A DNA stretch of 25,537 bases, taken from positions 1 through 25,537 of the forward strand of contig JAYENL010000235.1 in assembly GCA_034722055.1 (NCBI GenBank). The letters run 5' to 3'. Positions 9,266-18,134 of the stretch are shown in pieces (within the stretch, counting starts at the first letter, position 1; every line of letters starts with the position of its first letter). Source of the DNA: Armatimonadota bacterium (GTDB lineage Bacteria; Armatimonadota; Zipacnadia; Zipacnadales; UBA5352). Under the pieces are notes generated by a model that saw only the letters and a program-made list of their open reading frames with translations, ran no database searches and was not told where the DNA came from. The position numbers and the translations under genes are program-made.

Positions 9266-10396
9266 ATGGTCTCGCGTAACCAGAAACCGAGGCTCTGCAT
9301 AGTTAACACTGGCCTGGCGGTGCCGGAAATGCTCCTGGCTAAGGGCCCTCAACGAGCCGGCGGAGCCGAGTTGCAGTTGGCGCAGATCGCTCGGCAGCTC
9401 AGCCAGCGCGGCTGGCCCGTGACCTTTGCGTTCAAGGGGGCGCCGGGAAGCGACAGGGGTATGCACACACCAGACATCGAACTGCTGAGTTTCAACGGCT
9501 CAGGCGCGGGCGTCCCGGGACTTCGCTTCCTCACGCACACACTTCCGAGCAATTGGCGTCTCATCAACAGAGCCAACGCTGACGTGTACTTGCAGCGCGG
9601 TACCGGCTGGCAGAATGGACTCCTGAGCTGGCTGTGTCGGCGGCGTGGTCGGGCGTTCGTGCTGTGGCTGGCATCGATCACTGATCCCTATTGCGATGAC
9701 CCCAGGCGCTCCCGCCTACCTATCCACGAGCGGTGGTTGGCGCGATATGGTCTGAGGCGCGCCGATGCCATTGTGGCTCAGACGCGCGAGCAACAGGTGG
9801 TGCTCCGCGAGCGCCATGGCCGCGACTCGGTGGTCATTCGGAACATGTGGGCGCTGCCGGCGGGACCTGCCCAACCGCCAGAAGAACCGCGAGAGGTGTT
9901 CTGGGCCGCGACGATGCGGGAGCGGAAGAGACCGCACCTTTTCCTGGATGTGGCTGAGGCTCTACCCGACCTCCGCTTCACGATGGCCGGGGGACCGGCC
10001 TCAGACAATCCGGAGTTGTACGAGGAGACACGAGCGAGAGCCGAGCAAATCCACAACGTCGAGGTCCTGGGCTTCGTGCCATTCCGGGAGATAGACCAGT
10101 ACTTCGCTCGGGCCGCCGCCTATCTGTGCACCTCGACGATCGAGGGCTTCCCGAACACATTCCTGCAAGCGTGGAGCCACGGGAGACCGGTCGTGTCCAC
10201 CCTCGATCCGGATGGCATCATAGCTGAGCATAATCTGGGCTTCCACCGCACGGGTCTGGATGGCCTCATCTCGGCTGTTCGCCTGGCGTGCGAGACCAGC
10301 GAAGACTACATCGAGCGCACGCGAGAGTACGTTCGCGCCTATCATTCGCCCGACGTGATCGTACCGCAGATCGAGGAGCTTCTCTGGAGCCTTTAG
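9266..10396 (+). CDS. Glycosyltransferase family 4, paralog of the preceding gene
   Basis: GGAELQL, WAATMRERKRP, EGFPNTFLQAWSHGRPVV. Confidence 0.9.
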   Translation: MVSRNQKPRLCIVNTGLAVPEMLLAKGPQRAGGAELQLAQIARQLSQRGWPVTFAFKGAPGSDRGMHTPDIELLSFNGSGAGVPGLRFLTHTLPSNWRLINRANADVYLQRGTGWQNGLLSWLCRRRGRAFVLWLASITDPYCDDPRRSRLPIHERWLARYGLRRADAIVAQTREQQVVLRERHGRDSVVIRNMWALPAGPAQPPEEPREVFWAATMRERKRPHLFLDVAEALPDLRFTMAGGPASDNPELYEETRARAEQIHNVEVLGFVPFREIDQYFARAAAYLCTSTIEGFPNTFLQAWSHGRPVVSTLDPDGIIAEHNLGFHRTGLDGLISAVRLACETSEDYIERTREYVRAYHSPDVIVPQIEELLWSL

Positions 10397-10468
10397 CTTA
10401 GCCGGGAGGGCTCCTCGGCGACGCCGCAAGCAGTACCTCTGGTAGCCTGCAGGTAGGAGGTGTTCCTG

Positions 10469-13159
10469 GTGCCGCAGGACACGATTGTCTCGATCATCCT
10501 GGCCGGGGGGCGCGGTACACGTATGCGGTCAGATGCGACGCACAAGGTCTGCTTCGAGGTAGCCGGCGTCCCGGTCATTCTTCGGGCGCTTCAGACATAT
10601 GAGGAGTGCGGCATAGACCACCACATCATCGTGATCGGTGAGCTCGGCGAACAGGTCGTGGAGACCGTCGGCGGGCGGTTCCCCAACGTCAGCTTCGCCT
10701 ACCAGCCCGAGCCGCTGGGCACCGGCAACGCTGCGAAGTGTGGAGCCCGCTCCCTGGAAGCTACCGGCTACGATGGGCGGGTGCTGGTCGTGGCCGGTGA
10801 CCGACTTCTCAGTCACGGAGCTGTCACCAGCCTCATCGACCACGCCCTACAGACCCACAGTGACTGCGCCTTCCTGGTGGGGCATAAGGCGGACAGTCCT
10901 ACGTCCGGTCGGGTGGTGTACGACGGCGGACAGCAGGTCGCCGGCATTGTGGAGACGAGTGAGATCGCGCTGTCGAATGTCGTGAGCGCTCTCAGTGAAG
11001 AGGTGAGAGGCGACGGCGAGCGCCTGGCCTGTGGCCCCCTCCTCGAGAAGATACATGCCCACTTCCCGAGCCGGGACAAGGCTGCCACCGCGTGCGGCGA
11101 GCTCTACGTGACACTGGCTGGCCAGGAGCAAGTCCAGGGCGCTGAGGTGAAGCGGCTCCTGCAACCTCTTGCTGACGTGAGCACACTGCAACTGCCGATG
11201 GGCAGCGGAATGACCACCTTGCCGGCCGGTGACGTCGAGGAGATGACGGAGGACGTCAACCTCTCTTCGTATCTGTTCCGGGCGCCGGCGCTCTACGAGA
11301 GCCTGCGATCTCTCAGCAGGGACAACGCACAGGGGGAGGAGTTCCTGACCGATTGCGTGCGAGCTCTCGCCGGAGAGCGTGATGAGACCGGGGAGCGCCG
11401 GTACACGGTGACGACCGTCAAGATCGATGACCCGGATGAGGCGATGGCGTACAACACCCCTGAGGAGCTGGCGGCCATCGAGCGACGGATGAGGGCCGAA
11501 CAGGGAGGTACGGTCAAGCTCGTTGAGAGGCCCAGATTCCTTCACGAGCGCAGCCTCCGGCCCCTCGCCGAGTGGCACCTGCTGTTCTCAACCAATCCAC
11601 CGGAGGTCCAGCAGTTCATGCGGGAGACCTATGGCCCCTACGCTGCAGTCCACGAGGAGAAGCGCCGACAGTACCAGGACGCCATCTCCTGCTACATGCA
11701 GCACTATAGCGCCCAGGACGAGGTCTTTCTGGTCCGCTCACCGGGCCGAATCAACCTGCTGGGCCGGCATGTGGACCACCGCGGGGGAACCGTCAACGTC
11801 GTGGCCATCGACGACGAGATCATCCTGGTCGCTTCGCCGCGAGACGATGACGTGATCGAGCTGCGCAACAGCGACCGCTCCTTCAGTCCGGCCTCGTTCT
11901 CCATCCAGGAGCAGATCGCCAGGCTGGACTGGGGGGACTGGATGACCTGCGTGAACAGCCCCAAGACCCTCGCCATGGTCAGCAACGGTCATTGGGAGAA
12001 CTACGTGATGGCGGCAGCCCTGCGACTGCAGGAGCGGTTCCGGGACACCGGCCTGCGAGGCCTCAATCTCCTGACGCACGGTACGATTCCGATGGGCTCG
12101 GGGCTGAGCTCGTCATCCGCCATGGTGATCGCCGCCGCTGAGGCACTGGTCACCCGGAACAGGCTGCCTGTCCGAGCCAACCTGCTGGTCGATCTGTGCG
12201 GCGAAGGAGAGTGGTTCGTTGGCACCAGGGGCGGGAACAGCGACCACGCGGCCATCAAGTTCGGGCGACGAGGCCAGGTGGCCCATATCGGCTTCTTCCC
12301 GTTCGCGGTGCATGAGTTCCTTCCGTTCTTCTCCGACCACTGCCTGGTGGTCTGCAACTCAGGCGTCGAGGCCAAGAAGAGCGAGGGCGCGCGCATGACC
12401 TTCAACGGGAAGATCCTGGGATATGTGGCGGGTGAGCTGATCTTCAAGCAGCTCTTCCCCGCCTTCGCCGGGTCGATCCATCACCTGCGGGACATCTCCT
12501 GTCGGAACCTGGGGATCCAACTTCCCGAGTTGTATGAGATGCTCAGACGTCTGCCCATGAAGCTCACGCGCACCGAGCTGTTCGAGCGCTACGGCCCCTT
12601 CGATCCATCGGGACGTGAGAAGCTGCGCAACCTGCTGTCGGGCCTCCCTGAAGATGACACGCCCTTCGATGTCAGAGGCGTCATGCTCTATGGACTGGCG
12701 GAGTGCGAGCGTAGCCTGCGCTGCGTGGAGCATCTGAGACGCGGTGATGCGAGTGGCTTTGGTGAGCTGTGGCATGTCTCGCACGATGGCGACCGGGTCG
12801 TTGAGTACGACGAGCAACTGCGGCCCCAGCCATGGGACTACGAGGTCGATGACGAGTATCTCGACGGACTGATAGCGGACATCGAGAGTGGTGACCCGCC
12901 CAGGGTTCGGCGCGCGCAACTGCACCGCCAGCCCGGCAAGTACGGGTGCAGCACTCCCGAGACGGATCTCATCGTGGACCTCGCGCGGCGTGTGCCCGGC
13001 GTGAAGGGAGCCCAGCTCGCCGGGGCCGGCCTGGGCGGGTGTGTCATGATTCTCGTAGAAGAGGCATCGCTTGATGAACTGCTCAACGCGCTCGAGCAGC
13101 GGAGCCTGCAAGCCAAGCGTTACCACCTGCCGGAGGGCGCTGGTCTGGTAGTGGTATAG
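10469..13159 (+). CDS. Bifunctional GlmU-like nucleotidyltransferase / galactokinase-family (GHMP) sugar kinase fusion
   Basis: N-terminal part: ILAGGRGTRM, QPEPLGTGNA, VAGD, DNAQGEEFLTD. C-terminal part: PGRINLLGRHVDH, PMGSGLSSSSA, GAQLAGAGLGGC. GTG 10469 follows the SD AGGAGGT. Confidence 0.85.
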   Translation: MPQDTIVSIILAGGRGTRMRSDATHKVCFEVAGVPVILRALQTYEECGIDHHIIVIGELGEQVVETVGGRFPNVSFAYQPEPLGTGNAAKCGARSLEATGYDGRVLVVAGDRLLSHGAVTSLIDHALQTHSDCAFLVGHKADSPTSGRVVYDGGQQVAGIVETSEIALSNVVSALSEEVRGDGERLACGPLLEKIHAHFPSRDKAATACGELYVTLAGQEQVQGAEVKRLLQPLADVSTLQLPMGSGMTTLPAGDVEEMTEDVNLSSYLFRAPALYESLRSLSRDNAQGEEFLTDCVRALAGERDETGERRYTVTTVKIDDPDEAMAYNTPEELAAIERRMRAEQGGTVKLVERPRFLHERSLRPLAEWHLLFSTNPPEVQQFMRETYGPYAAVHEEKRRQYQDAISCYMQHYSAQDEVFLVRSPGRINLLGRHVDHRGGTVNVVAIDDEIILVASPRDDDVIELRNSDRSFSPASFSIQEQIARLDWGDWMTCVNSPKTLAMVSNGHWENYVMAAALRLQERFRDTGLRGLNLLTHGTIPMGSGLSSSSAMVIAAAEALVTRNRLPVRANLLVDLCGEGEWFVGTRGGNSDHAAIKFGRRGQVAHIGFFPFAVHEFLPFFSDHCLVVCNSGVEAKKSEGARMTFNGKILGYVAGELIFKQLFPAFAGSIHHLRDISCRNLGIQLPELYEMLRRLPMKLTRTELFERYGPFDPSGREKLRNLLSGLPEDDTPFDVRGVMLYGLAECERSLRCVEHLRRGDASGFGELWHVSHDGDRVVEYDEQLRPQPWDYEVDDEYLDGLIADIESGDPPRVRRAQLHRQPGKYGCSTPETDLIVDLARRVPGVKGAQLAGAGLGGCVMILVEEASLDELLNALEQRSLQAKRYHLPEGAGLVVV

Positions 13160-13210
13160 CGCCGAGGCGTGCTACGAAGACACTGAGGGGTATGGAAGGA
13201 GACGACGTCG

Positions 13211-14146
13211 ATGGCGACTTACCTGGTGACGGGCGGAGCCGGGTTCATCGGCAGCAACATCGCGGCTGAGCTGACGAGAAGGGGGCACGAAGTACGCGTC
13301 CTCGACAACCTGGCGACCGGCAGACGGGAGAACCTGTGCGAGATCGAGGACAGCGTGGACTTCTACGAGGAGGACATCCGCGATCTCGAGGCCATCAGGC
13401 CGGCGTTCGAGGGCGCGGATGTTGTGCTGCACCAGGCTGCCCTGCCCTCCGTTCCCAGGTCTGTAAAGGACCCGGTAGCGACGACGGAGGCAAACGTCAA
13501 TGGCACAATCAACGTCCTCCTGGCCGCTCGCGACGCGGGGGTCAGACGGGTGGTGGCAGCATCGTCCTCATCGGTCTACGGCAGCAATCCGGAGCTGCCT
13601 AAGAGGGAGAGCATGCGCCCGGCGCCGATCTCGCCCTACGCTGCATCAAAGCTGGCAGGTGAGGGGTACGCTGCGGCCTTCAATGAAGTCTACGATCTGG
13701 AGACCGTCTGCCTCCGCTACTTCAACGTCTTCGGTCCGCACCAGGACCCGTCATCTCAATACGCGGCGGTCATTCCGATCTTCGTGTCGAGGATGCTGGA
13801 GGGGAAGCCACCCATCGTCTTCGGCGACGGGGAGCAGTCGCGAGACTTCTCCTACGTGGCAAACGTAATCGAGGCCAACATGTGCGCGGCCGAGGCCGAT
13901 GGAGGCGCCGGCCAGGTGTTTAACATCGCCTGTGGGGAGAACGCGACGCTCAACGAGCTGATCTCCCATCTCAATGACATTCTGGGGACGGACCTCACAC
14001 CCGAGTACACTGACGAGCGCCCCGGAGACGTGAAGCACTCCCTGGCCGACATCTCAGCAGCCCGCGAAGTGCTTGGCTACGAGCCACAAGTCCACTTCCG
14101 CGACGGCCTGGCGCTGGCAGTCGAGTGGTATGCAGAGAACCTGTAG
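13211..14146 (+). CDS. NAD-dependent UDP-hexose/HexNAc 4-epimerase (extended SDR, WbpP/TviC-like)
   Basis: TGGAGFIG, HQAALPSVPRS, SSSSVYG, YAASK, LRYFNVFGPHQDP..YAAVIP. Confidence 0.9.
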   Translation: MATYLVTGGAGFIGSNIAAELTRRGHEVRVLDNLATGRRENLCEIEDSVDFYEEDIRDLEAIRPAFEGADVVLHQAALPSVPRSVKDPVATTEANVNGTINVLLAARDAGVRRVVAASSSSVYGSNPELPKRESMRPAPISPYAASKLAGEGYAAAFNEVYDLETVCLRYFNVFGPHQDPSSQYAAVIPIFVSRMLEGKPPIVFGDGEQSRDFSYVANVIEANMCAAEADGGAGQVFNIACGENATLNELISHLNDILGTDLTPEYTDERPGDVKHSLADISAAREVLGYEPQVHFRDGLALAVEWYAENL

Positions 14147-14309
14147 TCGCCGACGAGACGTTCCGAACGGAAGCTGCGGGGATTCCTCCCCGCGCCAGGC
14201 TGACCAGAGCCGGGAGACAGATGTGGCGGGAACCTTCTCCGAGCGCGGTCATCCCGTAGTTGTGGGGGTTCGTGATGGCAGCCACTCTGCGGACCGACGG
14301 AGGCATCGC

Positions 14310-15650
14310 GTGACCCAGGCCGTGTCCGACCAGGAGAAAGCAACCGGCAATCGCAGAGCCGCGCACGGAGAGGCGGATGCCCGGGCGACATGGTTCCAGC
14401 GCAGGCCGCTCGCAATGCTCGTAGGTCTTTTCGTGTTCGCATTCGTCGTGCGTCTCGCAGTGATCCCTGTCTTGCCCCAGGAGCCGACCTACGGCGACGA
14501 AGCCGACTACATGGAACTGGCTGAGAAGCTCGCGACCGACGGGACATACCCGGCCAGACCCTTCCGTCCGCCAGGGTATCCCGCCTTCCTTGCGGGTCTT
14601 CACCTGCTGGGCCTCGACAGCTACGACTCGGTCCGTGTGTTCCAGGCTCTCGTGGGCGCCCTTGCCGTAGTGGTTGCTGCTTTGGTGGCGACCAGAATAC
14701 TGACTGAGACTGCGGGGGTCGCCGCTGGCGTGGTCATGGCGACTTATCCGCTTTGGGTCTACGCAGGTGCGACCGCCTATCCTCAGACGCTGGTTGCGTG
14801 CCTGCTTTACTTGATGATTCTGCTGCTTCTGGTGGCGAAACGACGGGTGAGCACATCCCTGGGTCTCGCCCTCGGAATAGCCGGAGGGGTAACCGCGCTG
14901 ATGGTCCCGGTCTACGCCGCCGTGGTGCCAGTGGGCCTGGCGTGGCTCTACGTGGTGGCAGCCCGGCAAGGTGCGAGCGGCTTCTGGCGCTTCGTGGCGG
15001 TGTGCGTGCTGGGCATCATCGTGGTCGTGGGGCCGTGGACAGCGCGCAACTACCTCGCGTCGGGCGAGTTCATTCCCGTCTCCACCAATGGCGCAGTCAA
15101 CTTCTGGCTGGGGAACAACAAATGGGCAACTGTCAACACCAAGAGCCACCTGCATCCGTTCGAGATATACGGGGATGAGCTCTCGGAGCTGTCGCCGCGG
15201 CAACAGGAGCGTTTCATGATCGAGGCCGGTCTTGAGCACATCGCCTCAGACCCGATAGGCGCGATGCGGTTTGGCCTCGCCAAGTTCCTGGCGTTCTTTC
15301 GACCATGGCCTGGCCAGATGGTCGAAAGCGGATCGCAGTCGATGGTAAGAAAGACCGGGCTCTGGGTGGTCGCTATCTCATCAGCTCTTGTCATCGGGCT
15401 GGGGATGCTGGGCGCGATCCTCACGTGGCGGAGGCATAGCGAGACATGGTTGCTGGTGGGCATGGTGATCTTGATCGCCGGGCTCTACAGCGTGTTCTTC
15501 ACCGCCGTACGCTTCCGCATGCCTCTGGACGGGATCTTCGCCATGCTCGCGGTAGCGGGGCTTGCCGAGCTACGCCGACAGGCGAGACGGGCAAACGGCC
15601 GCTGTGGTGACGAGACGCACGATCGCCGTCCTCTCTCTGACCCATTGTAG
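14310..15650 (+). CDS. GT-C fold membrane glycosyltransferase (ArnT/PMT-like, GT39/GT83)
   Basis: GDEADY acidic loop after TM1, RPPGYPAFLA, PWTARNY...STNGAVNFWLGN, RFRMP, and many TM helices. GTG 14310 follows GGAGG. Confidence 0.8.
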   Translation: MTQAVSDQEKATGNRRAAHGEADARATWFQRRPLAMLVGLFVFAFVVRLAVIPVLPQEPTYGDEADYMELAEKLATDGTYPARPFRPPGYPAFLAGLHLLGLDSYDSVRVFQALVGALAVVVAALVATRILTETAGVAAGVVMATYPLWVYAGATAYPQTLVACLLYLMILLLLVAKRRVSTSLGLALGIAGGVTALMVPVYAAVVPVGLAWLYVVAARQGASGFWRFVAVCVLGIIVVVGPWTARNYLASGEFIPVSTNGAVNFWLGNNKWATVNTKSHLHPFEIYGDELSELSPRQQERFMIEAGLEHIASDPIGAMRFGLAKFLAFFRPWPGQMVESGSQSMVRKTGLWVVAISSALVIGLGMLGAILTWRRHSETWLLVGMVILIAGLYSVFFTAVRFRMPLDGIFAMLAVAGLAELRRQARRANGRCGDETHDRRPLSDPL

Positions 15651-15741
15651 CGATTGGCTCCCTGGCGCACCGACTCGCCTGCAATCGGGGTGAGACAGAC
15701 CAGTCGCGTGTGGCTGGGCAACCGACGCGGAGAGGTAGGGC

Positions 15742-17685
15742 ATGTTCGGGATAGTCGCATCGACGCGGAAGGCGGCGGAAGGCACGGTCGGTGCGGTTCG
15801 GCGGGCGGGTGCGTCTGCGGGGGGCGCCCACTTCGCGGACGGACCTCGCTCGTCGTTCCGAGTGCTTCTGCCCGACGGAACGCCCGGCAGCTTCTCGTGG
15901 AACGAGAAGCGCACGGCATGTTGTGCGGTGGTCGGAGAGGTGCTGGATCCCAGCGCAGGGAGCCAGGAGGATGCTTCTGACGGCGGTGGGCGAGCTGATG
16001 GTGCAGCCAGGCGCCTGCTGCACCAGTGGGAGCAGCGTGGCGCCAGGCTCATCCAGAACGTCAGCGGGCTCTTCGCGGCGGCGGTGTGGGAGGTCGAGGC
16101 CGAACGCCTGACACTGCTGTGTGACTGGATCGGTGGGATACACCACCTTCACTACGCGATGACAGATGATGGACTTGCCTTCGCCTCAGACATCTACCCT
16201 CTTCTGCAAATCGAGGCATGGGACGGTGCGTTGAGCCAGGCCGGGCTGGCGCAGTATCTGGACTTCGGACACATCCTCCCCCCCAACACCGTGTTCCAGG
16301 GAATCCACAAGCTGGCTCCGGGCTGCGCGTTAACCTACGAGAACGGCGAGGTCACTGTGCAGCGCGTGTTCCGGCTGGACTTCGCGCCACGATCGGATGG
16401 TGACTGGGTCGAGCAGTTCCGCGACACACACCGGCGAGCGATCGCTCGCTGTCTCTCGGGCCCGGACGAGGTGGGGGCCTTCCTGAGCGGGGGCATCGAC
16501 TCCAGCTTCAACGTCGCCGCGATGAGCGAGCTCAGTGAGAAGCCCATCAAGACCTTCGCGGTGACCTATCCCGGCGAGGACATTGATGAGGCTCCCTACG
16601 CGCGGCTTGTCGCCGAGGCGTTCGGCACGGACCACCACGAGCTCGCACTGGAGTCCTCGGCCGTACTCGATGAGCTGCCCGAGATGATCTGGGCGCTCGG
16701 GGAGCCGGCCATGGACTACTCCTTTATCCCCACCTTCAACCTCGCTCGGTTCGCGCGGCAGCATGTGCAAGTCGCCGTCTCGGGTGACGGCCCGGATCAT
16801 CTTCTGGGTCGGCACCATCCGGTGGCGCTCGTCAGGCGGACTCTCGGAAGGCTTCCCTGGAGCGGTCGGCTCGCATCGGTTCTGCTGGCGAGCGACCGGT
16901 CCGTAAGGTGGAAGATCGCCGGCTGGCGACGTCTGCGAAAGAGCGAGAGCGGCCGCTTTCTTTGGAAGGCCCTGCAGTCACTGGATGGGGATGCAGTCGA
17001 GGCGTACCTCTCGATCTACCGGGAGATCGCCTACCGGGGTCTGCTGCCAGACGGCCCCCGTGCGATGATGGACAGCACGGCTGCGGGTGTGCTCGACGGG
17101 GCTGGCGTGGACGCCATCGTGACGGATACCCTTGACGGGCAGCCAAGTGAGTTCGAGCGGATGATCGGTCTGGACCTGGCCATCGACGGCTCCTTCGGAG
17201 TGTTCGCCAAGGTCGGCAAGATGGCTGGGTATCACGACCTGCAGATACGGGAGCCCTACCTGGACGCGGAGATGTGTAGCCTGCTGGAGCACGTCCCATC
17301 CGGCCTGAAGGTGCGGGGCTCTGCGATGGACCTGGTCCGGAACCGCGCGCGAACGAAGTACCTGCTCTATGAGGCGGCCAGGGGCGTGGTGCCCGACGAG
17401 GTGATCCGGAAGCCGAAGCAGGGCTTCCAGGCGCCGATTGGCCGGTGGCTTTGTGACTGGCTGGCGGACCGGGACGCTCACGCTCTGCTCCCCGCTCTCG
17501 CACGCAGCACGCAGTGGCTCAACGCAGGCGCGGTCGATAGGATCCTGCGTGAGCACCGTGAGGGGAGGCGCGACCACAGTACCCTCATCATGATGCTGAT
17601 CACACTGGACCTGTGGCACGGCATCTTCGTCGAAGGGAATGCTGACAAGCCCGGCTGGACCTGGAGCGAATGGCTGAAGCAGTAG
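15742..17685 (+). CDS. Asparagine synthetase B-like amide synthetase, N-terminal catalytic Cys absent
   Basis: FASDI, LSGGIDSS, SGDGPD, REPYLD, KPKQGFQAP. The protein begins MFGIV rather than MCGI. Confidence 0.85.
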   Translation: MFGIVASTRKAAEGTVGAVRRAGASAGGAHFADGPRSSFRVLLPDGTPGSFSWNEKRTACCAVVGEVLDPSAGSQEDASDGGGRADGAARRLLHQWEQRGARLIQNVSGLFAAAVWEVEAERLTLLCDWIGGIHHLHYAMTDDGLAFASDIYPLLQIEAWDGALSQAGLAQYLDFGHILPPNTVFQGIHKLAPGCALTYENGEVTVQRVFRLDFAPRSDGDWVEQFRDTHRRAIARCLSGPDEVGAFLSGGIDSSFNVAAMSELSEKPIKTFAVTYPGEDIDEAPYARLVAEAFGTDHHELALESSAVLDELPEMIWALGEPAMDYSFIPTFNLARFARQHVQVAVSGDGPDHLLGRHHPVALVRRTLGRLPWSGRLASVLLASDRSVRWKIAGWRRLRKSESGRFLWKALQSLDGDAVEAYLSIYREIAYRGLLPDGPRAMMDSTAAGVLDGAGVDAIVTDTLDGQPSEFERMIGLDLAIDGSFGVFAKVGKMAGYHDLQIREPYLDAEMCSLLEHVPSGLKVRGSAMDLVRNRARTKYLLYEAARGVVPDEVIRKPKQGFQAPIGRWLCDWLADRDAHALLPALARSTQWLNAGAVDRILREHREGRRDHSTLIMMLITLDLWHGIFVEGNADKPGWTWSEWLKQ

Positions 17686-17822
17686 AGATTGCGCGATGTT
17701 CTCGGCGACATCCGGGGGCGTCGCGGCGTCTGCCCTACTTCCACCACTGCGACGTCGTGGTGCCGCTGTCCCTCACAACCATCCGTGCCTCCTCACAGAA
17801 CGGGAGAGGCGGGTTGACGAAT

Positions 17823-17841
17823 CTTAACCTTCTGTTAAACC
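17823..17841 (+). promoter_or_regulatory. Putative OmpR/PhoB-type direct-repeat box CTTAACCT-N3-GTTAAACC
   Basis: TTAA repeated at an 11-bp period (17824 and 17835) in an AT-rich patch just upstream of a -35 element. Confidence 0.45.
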
Positions 17842-17852
17842 AGTATGGCCAC

Positions 17853-17881
17853 TTGACTGAGACCCCCGGCGCTGCTATACT
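17853..17881 (+). promoter_or_regulatory. Sigma70-type promoter TTGACT-N17-TATACT with extended -10 TG
   Basis: Both hexamers match consensus 5/6 with an exact 17-nt spacer, in intergenic DNA upstream of the response regulator. Confidence 0.75.
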
Positions 17882-18134
17882 CTACGCGACAACTTAGGAA
17901 GCTGCTGATGCGGTACTGGATTGCGGCCCCGGTGAGAGACCTCAGATCGGTGGTCGCAATTATCGTCTCTTGGCAACGCGCATGGGTTTGGGGTCCGACG
18001 CGCGGCGTCGGTGCACCAGACCCCTCGGGGTGAATCGCCGATGCGGGCGGGCGCATCGGCCACGCATGGGTCATCTCGGACAGCACCGCCGGCTGGACGA
18101 GTGATCAGACCCAGGAGGGAGGCGCAGACTGCCA

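Noticed and set aside
14073..14309. N-terminal extensions given by the ORF track (also 6411-6587 and 24253-24366)
   Set aside because: They overlap upstream genes or hairpins, and better-placed starts lie downstream.
15742..17685. Lasso peptide cyclase or RiPP cluster
   Set aside because: No precursor, B1/B2 peptidase or RRE gene was seen, and the context is glycan biosynthesis.
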